In this document: in pieces, positions 11,803 through 22,469 of the stretch
Layout of the letters: each line of letters begins with the position of its first letter
Numbering within the stretch: the stretch's first letter is position 1
Source of the DNA: Xylographa opegraphella
Lineage: Eukaryota
Length of the DNA: 64,000 bases
NCBI GenBank assembly: GCA_022813865.1
Contig: JALDZX010000045.1
Coordinates: 62,001-126,000, forward strand
Direction of reading: 5' to 3'
Program-made: the position numbers and the translations under genes
The notes under the pieces: model-generated
Seen by the model: only the letters and a program-made list of their open reading frames with translations
Database searches by the model: none
Told to the model about the DNA's origin: nothing

Positions 11803-13767
11803 ATGGCATCTCAGTTCCCCTCAATCCAATCTTTCTTCGAGAAAGAGATTCCAGCCAAGAAAGGCAGGACACGTGGATCCGATCGTCAAATCGACACAAA
11901 TGATGGTTTCAGTGAGGATGAAGTGCAAAGAACCCTTCATCCCACCCTGCACAGATGGAATCCACGCAACGAGTATGAGGATTCCGAGATCAGCTCGCTG
12001 GTCCCAGGCCCCGGGTGTAGAGCTTTGCAAGGCCGAGTTGTCAATTTCTACCAGCAGCAAACGCCGAGTAAGAAACCTCAAGCGGCCAGAGGGTGCTTGA
12101 AGGTGGTCGTCAAGGATGACACAGGGACGCTGATGGTGAGGCTTAAGGACGTTCTGACCTCGAAGGTATATTCAAATCCAGGGCACTGCTGATCAGCTCT
12201 GCTTGGACAGGTGAGGTTATGGTACGCCAAGGTCGACTACAAGCTCCGTCTCGGCCAGCTCGTCTCCGTCTGGACACCCCACATATCGACCAGCGACTTG
12301 GGCTCGTTGACATCACGCGGCACCAGTCTTGTGACCAGTATTTTCCCCGAAAGAGATAACAGCTGCTATTTCATGGTGCAGGATAATAGCGATAGTGGAG
12401 CGCTCTGCAAGACACCGTTAGGGTATGTGGATGGCAAGCAGCTGGCGTCATTGATGACTCTGAAGTCCTTTGTCGATGGTGGTCATGAGGTGGATAACGG
12501 CAAGATCTTGGTCTGCGTCAAAAGTATCGGAGGGCGCAAGAAACGTAAGTGAATGCAGTGAGTGAATGCAGTGAGTGAATGCAGTGAGTGAATGCATGCC
12601 CAACAAGATTTTTCAACTAGGTAGCGTTCATTATAAAAGCTACCTTATGTTCTTAAGCTTCAAAATAGTTATATATACTAATCCTGATGCAACAGTCACC
12701 GACAAGAAGGGCAATCCTATCGAGAAAGTCGATGTCAACGTCTTCGACGACACCTTTCAGGCGACCCTCACTCTCTGGAACCACGTCACCGATTCTGCAA
12801 CCTCATGGAGAGCCTCACATACCGTTCTTCTAATTACAAGCGCAGTCTTCCGCGACGGCGGAAGACCAGGTATCTCAATGTCTTCCACCACACAGGTCGA
12901 GGTCGACCCTCAAATGCGCGATGCGGAGTGGCTGCGAGCATTTGCACAACGGTTGATCAAGAAGGACCATGTCAACCACCCGTTTCCCGAAGACGGTAGG
13001 AGAGCTGGATTGAATCCTCTCGTGTCTGGATACTGATGAGTGAGTCAAGTCTTCGATGTCGAAACAGCCGCGACTGCCCAACACAGGATCCTGTTCAGCA
13101 TTGCCGATATCGACGAGTTGTAAGAACGATAGCGCTCTTCCCCACGCTTTGACTGACCCATTATCTCAAGTGTTCGAGCCTCGCCGAGCGGTAGCCAGCT
13201 TCCCCTTCTAGCTATCATCAGGCACCACTAAAATGCAACCACAGAAATCTATACCGGCTACCTCAATGTCCTCGTGACAGAACTTAGCATCACCCGCCTG
13301 CATCAGCGCAACATGCTCTGCTGCACGGAATGGTACCCACCTGACATCGGTCCCTCCACTCCAACATCTAGCTCACGTCATACCTTAGCTGCGGCGTCCC
13401 TCTTTACGCCAATGCACCCACCGCCATATGCAAGCAATGCGAAACCGACACCCCTCTCCGGCTGAACCCTCGTCTTGTCCGTCTCCAGCATTACTCCTCC
13501 CCCGTCATACAAAACCCGCCGACGTGAGCTAACAACCCCTAGATCGGCACCCTCCTCGACGAAACCGGCAGCCTCGCCGCCGGCAAGCTCATCTGGTCCG
13601 AGCACGCGTGGGAGCAGCTCCTCGGCCGCACGGTGGCGGAACTGGTGGGTTCGAGCGCTCACGCGCTGAGGTACCTTGAGCAGCGGATCTTGTTCCTGCG
13701 GGTGACGCTGCTGTTCGGGTGGAGCGCGCAGGTTGGCAGGCTGGTAGTTTTGGGTGTGAGTATGTGA
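11803..13767 (+). CDS. Multi-OB-fold ssDNA-binding protein, MEIOB/RPA1-like, about 8 exons
   Basis: Segments ILVCVKSIGGRK, VNVFDDTFQATLTLWNH..SWRASHTVLLITSA..TQVEVDP, the Zn-ribbon CCTECCG..CKQC and LLDETG resemble MEIOB OB folds. Canonical introns join the frames, including a 20-nt microexon at 13171-13190. Confidence 0.75.
12545..12596 (+). repeat. 13-bp tandem repeat x4 at an intron 5' end
   Basis: GTAAGTGAATGCA followed by GTGAGTGAATGCA x3. Confidence 0.95.
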
Positions 13768-14356
13768 GATACTGGGTGAAAATGGTGGGGGACGATAGGG
13801 TGGGTGAGGGTTTTGACCGGCTGGTGGATGGAGAGTGGAATCCCAAGGCCACTGCGGAGAGCCGGACAAAGGAGCAGGATATGTGATGATGGTGCTTGGC
13901 ATTCTGTACAATTCAACTCACTCTCACCGTTTCTTGTGCCGTGCTTCATTGACCATCAAGAATCTACCATACATTCGAGCTCACTTCGCTGAAGCTCCTC
14001 TTTGTCATTCTTTTGGGTACTCACAGTTGATGGGCGCCGTGAATGGCGTAGAGGGTAGGAGCTGGACAGCAGGTACACGACAGGCGCGTGGGGCGGGAGA
14101 GACACTGGATGGAGGATAGCAAACTGTCTCACCTAAGGTAGTTTGCTCTCCTCCACGAACTAAACCAGGTGGCCTGGGTTGGTCCGCAGAGGAGCAGTCT
14201 CGGATACCTTAGACGGTGAGGAGGACGAACTCGCTGTGATTCAACGCCGATTGGTCGCTTGCACGTGCCCGGAAAGGACTGTGTGGTACTGCGCAAGGTA
14301 GGCGGCTACCTAACTAGTCTGCCGCAGTCTGGTACTTTTGATTCTCGGAGAACATA

Positions 14357-14398
14357 TCTGAAAGGGCATTTCTGAAAGAGCAAATCTGAAAGAGCATT
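14357..14398. repeat. Imperfect 14-bp tandem repeat x3
   Basis: TCTGAAAGGGCATT / TCTGAAAGAGCAAA / TCTGAAAGAGCATT. Confidence 0.85.
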
Positions 14399-15022
14399 TC
14401 TGGATTCTGGTGATGGCGTTTGCGAGGCGTGGGCAAGTGGGAGATTTTATTGACTGATGGGTGTTATGATCCAGTGCGGAGTTCTGTATGCTCGTGCGCA
14501 GATGATACACGAGCGAGGTATATGTGTGGTTGGTCTACATGAGCGTCTCCCGTCTCGTGGTACGAAATGGGATGTGCTGCCTAAGGACTTTGCGGCGTCG
14601 ACGTCGAGGACTGGGTGTTCGATTACAGAGCAGGGGGGGGGCGAAAGCGTCCGTTTCTAGGGCTCGATGGCTCATTCGTCCTCTATGGCTGCGAAGGCAG
14701 TGAGCCAGCATGTGTGGATTTAGAAACTGACTGGACCGGAAGCGGCTTTTCGGTTCTGACTCTTTTGGCGTGATTTCGGGCTCACGATTATGGTTTTGAC
14801 TGGCCTGGGCGATGTGTGATCTGAGGAGCGGTCCTGGGGGTATATATGACTGTAAGTATGTTCAAAACAGCTGCAGTATTGTCTGCATCTTCAATACGCT
14901 CTTCTTGGATTGTCTGACTTGGGCGAAGTATAAAATCACGTCTCACTCCTTTCCAACAGCTGTGTCTTCATCGGCTTGAATACTCTTTGGTTTACCACAG
15001 CAAGACTCGAATACTCTTGGTG

Positions 15023-15103
15023 TATCACAGCAACTCTATCACAGCAACTCTATCACAGCAACTCTATCACAGCAACTCTATCACAGCAACTCTATCACAG
15101 CAA
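15023..15103. repeat. 14-bp minisatellite, 5 full copies plus a partial copy
   Basis: TATCACAGCAACTC x5 then TATCACAGCAA, flanked by related CACAGCAA.ACTCGAATAC units. Confidence 0.95.
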
Positions 15104-15144
15104 AACTCGAATACCTATACATCATAAGTTACGACGCAGAGACA

Positions 15145-16587
15145 ATGGTTGAAACGAATGCGATGAGCGATGGCGTTTCTGATAAAATGTAAGCAAAACT
15201 TTGCAGTATCAGTCCCTCCAGTTGAAGTAAGGACCATTTTACTGACGAATATCTCAATAGGTGCACCCTCGTGGTCGGAGAAGAGCGCCAGGAATTTCTT
15301 GTCAAGAAGGATTACCTAACCGGCATCGAGTAACTTACTTCAAGTGCGCACTCAAAGACGCATGTTGGAAAGAAGGCAAAGAGAACAAAGTCGAGTTGCC
15401 CGAGGATGCTCCAGAGGCATGGAGAATAGCTATTGGGTTCTTCATGACGAATGATATCCCGCCGCATATTGTACAGGCTTGCGACTGCATGCCAGGGTAC
15501 CATTGTGGCCACCAACGCAAGCTGGATCCTCCAGTCCAGGTAATAGGCGCAGATGATTCGACGGTAGATTTCAACCTCGCCGACCACCAACTTGGTGACT
15601 GGTGCTACCCTGATACTACTCTGGCAACTCTGAAGAATCTCGTGGATGTCTTCTGCTTGGCAAACAAGTACCTCTGGCTGGATCTCCTGACGACTTGCAT
15701 GGAGAAGATTCGGTTGTTCCCGTTAGGTCCAGCAGCGCTCCCAATCCTAGCTGTGACTGAGGTGAGCGCGAATACGGTCTCGAATCTCATACATGCTGGG
15801 ATAAAGGGCTGTGTGAGGATTATCATATACTTGTCCAGAGTGCATTCAAGTATCATGCAGCCAATCACCACAGCGCACCCATACACCCCACCCATTCGTG
15901 AATTCTCGATGGCAGGAAGTACCGAACCCATTTGAGCCACTGAAAGAATTCTTCAAGGCGAACATGACAGCAGAAGCTTGGAAGGCGTTCAGCCTTCTCG
16001 AAGACAGCCGGCTAGAGCAAAGAGAAAATATCCGCACCGTGATTGGTGCAGGATACTGGGAATGTTGCGAGGAGCGGCAAGGTGTTTGTATCGTTGAGTG
16101 GGACAAACATGCCCACGAGCGAGAAAACACTCGCTATCTCAAGCGGAAGCAGGATGCGTCTCGTCAAGGATGTGAGAAAATCGCAGCCGAAACCTCCTGC
16201 GAATCTCACAACGAAGCATGCTTGTGTGGGAGTACGTCTGCCCACAAACAGACGGACGATCAGGCAAAGATGGACACTGCTGGTGACAGTTCTACTGAAA
16301 TCACGAGGGAAAGCTTTGCCGCGGCAGAGGTTGGAGATTTCATCATAGACATAAGAGGTGATCCATCTGATGCCCGCTATGTTACCGGACTCGTCCTTCG
16401 AACTCACAGTCGTGGATGGTTCCTGCGATCAGCTTTGAGGCTTTTTGAGCCAAGAGCGTCGAAGTACTGCAACGGATCATGTTGTGAACCGCGAACGTTC
16501 AAGTATGATGGCTGTAGGCTCTACCTCGACGATCCTCTTAACGAAGGTCTCAAACTTCGCAGAGGAAGAAGGAGAAGTGGCGGGTAA
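15145..16587 (+). pseudogene. BTB/POZ-domain gene with a degenerate SH3-like C-terminus, apparently frameshifted
   Basis: After intron 15189-15260 the BTB start CTLVVGEERQEFLVKKDYLT stops at TAA 15331-15333, while YFKCALKDACWKEGKENKVELPED continues in another frame. Later come LVDVFCLANKYLWLDL and the SH3-like VGDFIIDI..VTGLVLRTHSRGWF. Confidence 0.6.
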
Positions 16588-17223
16588 CGTACTGGAGGGT
16601 CGAAGACGGTAGATCACAGAATGACAGTGGCTAATGTCTGCCGATATAAAGATGGTTGTCGAAGTGGTTCGACTGAATGCTGCTTGTAAAGTCGGATATG
16701 CCTGCTAGCCAGCGGCAATGCGGAAGATTAGTTCCTCTCATAATCATGTAATTAACTTAGCAATACATTTTGATAGACTAGAAGTCATCTCCATGCAGTG
16801 AATGGCACTCCGAGATATGTTTGGAATATCGATAGATGAGAGAAGGGTGAATGAGTTAGGAAATGGAGAAGAATAATAAAAGGTAAACTAGTAGATAGGT
16901 ACTCTGTCCGGGGTCTGATGACGAAAGTTGCATCGGCCCTTAGTTTACCGTCAAGTTAGTTGATCAGATCCCCTAAATCTCGGTATCCCAGGTGGTCTCG
17001 CCCCTATGTCTTCGCGTCCTTGGTTGATGAAGTCGCCTGATATTGTGAACCGATTCGTATTCATAATTCCGCGAGAACTTCACGATAAGAAGGCAGAGTG
17101 CCGAGACTATTCTATGACAAGGGTCACTGCCATCGAACTTCACACATGGTCACCGCCCAAATATCCGCGTCATATTCGCCTTTTTTGGCCAGCGACATCG
17201 CTTTCTGCATCTGATTTGCATGC

Positions 17224-19006
17224 ATGACCAAACAGACCGCATCTGCTCCGGTCAACAGTCCTCCCGCCAGCATTACTGTTTCCCACACTTCAGACTCAAC
17301 AATTGACACTCCCCCATTCGAAGCAGCAGCGCAACTCGCTCATCCTCCACCACGGCGTCCTTCACCACCCGCGTTTGGCATTTGGGGAGCGAAACCCCCG
17401 GTACTGGCTGTAGGGCGCACCCAGGCCTCGGCTGGTTTGGACAAGCAGGACTCCGGAAGTGATTCGGACTCAGGGGCGGAGGAGGACGGCAATATGGCGT
17501 CGGAGAGACCGCCGTTACATAGGCCGACGGACGGCCGATCACAAGTTCCCCTCCTGAAGGAAGAGCGAGGTCGACCTTCCTACGATTCTCCCAACGGGAG
17601 CGCTCGACCAGCCTTCGCGGCACGCCGGTCGACCTTTCGAAGCAGGAGCCCAGACTACGACGCCCAAACCGCAACGAAGAGGAAATATACTTACGCTGCT
17701 TTTTTTCTGGCGCTCAGTCTGGTGAGCTTCGTGATACAGACGGAGACAGCTGTGTATATCCAGCATGAGTTGTGCTGGAACAAGGCTTATTGTATGCTGT
17801 CAGTATTTCATGCCTCAAATAACAGCCCCTCAAGCTGACTTCCTATCTCAACAGCTATTTTACACATGGCTCGTGGTCGTTACTATGGCCGGTGACGTTC
17901 CTAATCCTGCGGGTGCAGAAACGCAAGATACCATGGGCGACTTTCTGGCGGCGACACACCTACCTCCTTCGCACAACGGCGCAGATGGTCCGATCTCAAG
18001 ACCTCCATCTCTCAAACAAAGACGCCCACACATCGCCCATACCCTACATTCTCAAGACCACGGCTTTCGTGACCACCTTCCTCACCATCGCCGGCGGCTC
18101 CTGGTACGTAGCCGTCAACCTCACCTCGCCGAGCGACCTCACCGCCATCTACAACTGCTCCGCCTTCTTTGCCTACGCCTTCAGCATCCCCCTCCTCCGC
18201 GACAAATTCCGCTTCGACAAAGCCATCGCGGTCGCGGTCGCCATCGCCGGCGTGCTCATCGTAGCCTACGGCGACGCGGCGCCGCCCAAAAAGCCCGGCG
18301 GCTCCAAGTGCGGCGGCTCGCAGGACGGGCAGGTGAAGAGCCGAGCGTGGGGCAACATCATCATCGGCATCGGGAGCGTGCTGTACGGCTTGTACGAGGT
18401 GCTGTACAAAAAGTACGCCTGCCCGCCCGAGGGCACCAGCCCCGGGCGCGGCATGATCTTCGCCATGACCTTCGGCAGCCTCATTGGCTGCTTCACCCTC
18501 CTCGTGCTCTGGATCCCGCTCCCCATCCTGCACGTCATGGGCTGGGAGACTTTTGAGCTGCCGCACGGCAAAGCGGCGTGGATGCTGCTCATCTCCGTCC
18601 TGGCCAACGCCAGTACGTCCACATTAACCCCCCCAGTACCCCTGCCCGCCGATATACTAACCCCCCCCCGCGCAGCGTTCTCCGGCTCCTTCCTCGTCCT
18701 CATCTCCCTCACCTCCCCCGTCCTCTCCTCCGTCGCTGCCCTGTAAGCCTCCTCCCCCTAACCCACACCCCAAAACACTCCCCACTAACCCTCCCATCCC
18801 CCAGACTCACCATCTTCCTCGTCGCTATCGTCGACTGGGCCCTCCCCGGCGGCACCGCCCTCTCCGCGGCCGCCATCGCCGGCGGCCTGCTGATCATCGC
18901 CGCCTTCCTGCTGCTGAGCTGGAGCACGTACCGCGAGATGAAGGAGGAGCGCCGCAAGCGGGTCGAGGACGAGGGCGTCGTCTCGGACAGCGACGTCGAT
19001 GCGTGA
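17224..19006 (+). CDS. EamA/DMT-superfamily transporter (SLC35F / Thi74-like)
   Basis: About 10 hydrophobic helices; YVAVNLTSPSDLTAIYNCSAFFAYAFS, YGLYEVLYKK and SLTSPVLSSVAALLTIFLVAIVD; three short introns. The start could also be MASERPP at about 17493. Confidence 0.88.
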
Positions 19007-20418
19007 ATGGCTGTTTGTTATCGAAGAGGCACGTCGGGGATTGTGGAGCGATGGTAACCCGTTGTCGGGGCCCGTGCAGTGATAGCATTGTATAGCGTGG
19101 GCGTGGGGAAGGTATTCCTTGATTGTGCGGTCGTGATAGATTTTAGAAGCGGCCGCGAGCTTGGTGTCGAGATTCGCTCGTGCGTTTTCTACCTCTGCCG
19201 CTGGTGCTCGTTTGCTGTAGATTCTAGGGCTGATGTGCACGCATGCCGACGGGATATGAAACCTTGACCGTATTGCCCCATTGTCGCCAGCATGTTGCTT
19301 CGTCGGAGTGAGGACGGGTGTTCTGCTCTCTACCGCGGGCATGGTATCGGATCCGCGGTGGGGGATGGGGACACGCTCTCGAAGCAGAAAGGCGCGCGGC
19401 GATTTCCAGCGGCCGGGGGATTATTTGCAGCATCAAAAGTCACTTCCATACTCGTAGAGTTCAGGTATAGATCACCAGGTACATAGGTCTACCCAGTCTA
19501 CCTTATCGAGTCCAATCTACATATACATATACGCAAACGACACCGCCCCAGCAAGCATACCTAAGCTAATCTACACACAAGCACATACAAACACAAGCGA
19601 CAAGCATCCCACACCATAACAACGACAAGTGAGTCGATTTTTTTTATTTCGGCGCCGCAGCTCCACGAGCTACGGAGGCGACTGTCTATGAGAGATAAAG
19701 GTAGATAAAGCTAGATACAGCAAAAGCTCGACGCCGCATGCGGCGGAGTGAGAGTGGTATCTCCGCGCCCCCCTCCCACAAGCAAAGCAACGCCGCATCC
19801 CAAGCTGTACGCACGCGCGCACGCAAACGCCCAAACGCAGGAAGAGCGAGAGGGGGAAAAAGCACTTTTGGTGTATGAATTCCGCAGGGGAGGGCGTGAT
19901 CCGCGATTTCTGATGAGAAGCCCGGGACGAGGAAGACAGGATGGCGGAAGCGAGGTCGTGCTCGGTCGTCGGATGTTGAGGACAAGGTGTGTGGTGTGTA
20001 GTGTGGTAAGGATGCTGGTGGAGAGATGGATGGATGGATGACGTGGGAAGAGTTTTGTCGAGGAAACGAGGGTGGTCGTACAGGGGTATAGGAAACGAAC
20101 GGGGCCTAGAAGGCCTGGTATGGGCGTGCTGGAGGATGCGAGCGAGGAACGAATGCCGGGGGTATCTTCCGTCCTGGTTGGTGCAGGACATAAAACGCCG
20201 TAAATGCAAAGAGGTCGTTAAACTTCTGTCTAGGAAGGAGACATTTTTTTGTTTTGATTGCTTGGTTTCCGGGGATAAAAGATTGATGGTAGGAATGATG
20301 ATGGTGGGGCGTTGAATGAGAGACTGCTGTGTAGCGCCTGAGGAGAACAACCGATGCGCCCGATCTTCTGAACGTTCCTGTTGACAAATCCTCCATAAGC
20401 GGCGGAGGCCACAGTGGA

Positions 20419-21903
20419 TTATCCGCGGCCTCCAGCAGGGCTCACAGCCGGCGACGATGTACCAGAATGAAAACCCATCCTGCGTTCGTTCTCGTAGCGT
20501 ATCAGCTTGTCGACGTGCTCTCGCGGCGAGCCCTCTCCCAGCATTAATCCGTGCCCGCCACCCGTCATGTAATCTCCTCCATCCTCTAACATCAACGGTG
20601 TGGCGGGTCCGGGACTTCCACGTGGCAACAGCGATGGTGCTTTGGGCGTCTCTTTCCCATCCGGGCCACTACTGGCCATCGAGGCCGCCAGAGAGGCTCG
20701 AGAAGCATTTGTCAGGAGTTCTCGCTGGTAGCTTTTGAGTTTTTGCTGAGCGTTGGAGAGCTGGCGGTGATGCAGCTGTGGCGACCGTGGCGGCCGATTG
20801 ATGGTGGCAGTGCGGAGTATTGTGTTCTTCTGCTCGGCTTCTGGGATAGCATAGTTCAGTGGGTGGAAGCGAGGGAGTGGGAGCGGCGGAAGTTGTAGAT
20901 CTTTTCCACGCCGGCCGCTGGCAGGAGTACGAGGTCCTGCTGGTGCCAGCACGGATGACGATGATGCCATGGTGGGAGAGAGTGGCGACGAAGGCGTGTA
21001 CATGCGTTCAGATGGCATGCTGTTGGATTGACTCGAGGTCCCCAAAACCGCCTCTGGCCTCGGTGGAAAGTTCCTCTCTTTGGATAGATATTGTTTATGG
21101 GGAGTCGACGGGACGAAGTCGTGACTGCCTCTTGACCTTGGTCGCTGATAGCTCGGCCTCAAAGATTGGGATATCTGCGGTCTTTTGGGGGTTGTTTCGA
21201 AGAAAGGGAAGTATGTGCCGCCTTTGTCCTCGCGTGCGGTCAATGGGGTTGTCGGTCTTGAGGTATTTTCGTGACGCGGCAGCGGAATTGCTATGGGCAA
21301 AGAGGGTGGGGGTGTGAGGGGTGCAGTTGGTGGTGTGAGATCTCCGAGATGTGGTTGGTTCAGGGCGTGGGCCGGTAACGCCTCAGCCGCTGGCGGGCCT
21401 TCGCGGACCACGAGCTTGGGGAGGTTGGCTTGCGGTGATCGGCGTTGGGCAATGCTACGCGTCGGAAGACTGGATGGAATTGTGCACGCTGAAGGGTGGC
21501 TCGGATGTTCGACTTCGAAAGCAGAGCTGATGAGAGACTGTGGTTTTCTCTTCGAGATTTCCGAAGACGGCGGACTCCCAACAATCTTGCTGAAGAAGGC
21601 GGGAAGAGTGTGGTCGGACATGGCGGACAGGCTTTTCCTGACCGACAACTCGTCAGCAAGCTACCTTAGCACCTCGTACCGTGTGTCCTGCTGCAACAAG
21701 TGGAGACCACACGACGTTGTTGGCGAGCTTATGACGGCACAGCTCGATGCAAGTGCTCTCCGTCTGTCTGGAGGGGGTCCACCCTTCACCAGGGCCTGAA
21801 CGGCAGCTGCTTGGACCGGCGTTCTAGCGGGAAGGCATGGCCTGCAAGCGGACGTATCTTCGTGGCTGCCGAAGAATCCGACGCTGCTTGTCCTTGGTAT
21901 CAT
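20419..21903 (-). CDS. Pro/Ser-rich protein of unknown function
   Basis: Open frame of about 400 codons (LPLPRFHPLNY, KLKSYQRELL, GSPGPATPLMLE, PAVSPAGG). It starts either at ATG 21621 or at ATG 21903 via a 42-nt intron (21679-21638). Confidence 0.75.
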
Positions 21904-22469
21904 ATCATCGACGCAATAAGGTAATCAGTACAGATGATCCACTTTCATTACTCCGTGCTATCGTGGTGGTGGAGGGAAGAAAGGGAGAGCAAGACGACGA
22001 CAGCCAAGACCGAGATTTGATCGCGACACGACGCACTCGAGTGAATGATCGGTGAGATCCGGCTCTTGGCTATTGGCTATTTGGCTGGTTGAGCAAGATC
22101 ACTCGCTGTCATCGCGCCTTGACTACAACAGTATCTACCTACCTAAGGTACATAGGTAGCAGTCTAATGCAATGAACTAACCACCTACCTCGCTTCCACG
22201 AAGCGTGCTCGTAAACCGCTTTCCACTTTCTCCGCTCGCACGAACTGGCATTTCCGGAGCAAGGTCCTTTGTCACGCGGCTGACGACGCATACCTCTTTT
22301 AGCCTTGTTTGAGAATCTTCAAGTTGCACACATTATTATTCCCCTACTGGGGGAGGAAGTCAGACAAGGAATGCGACCGTCGATCCCCAGCACGTGACAT
22401 GCAAAACACTTCACATGAGAGAACTCGGTTAAGGCATACGTGTTTGGTGTTCATGATGATACGCCGGAT

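Noticed and set aside
15023..15103. Repeat array as a possible CRISPR
   Set aside because: The units are head-to-tail with no spacers, the context is eukaryotic, and there are no cas genes.
16915..16926. CTGATGACGAAA resembles a hammerhead ribozyme core (CUGAUGA...GAAA)
   Set aside because: Only one base lies where stem II must be, and no convincing stems I or III flank it.
17000..17860. TPP riboswitch near the Thi74-like transporter
   Set aside because: No TPP aptamer consensus segments were seen in the leader or first intron.
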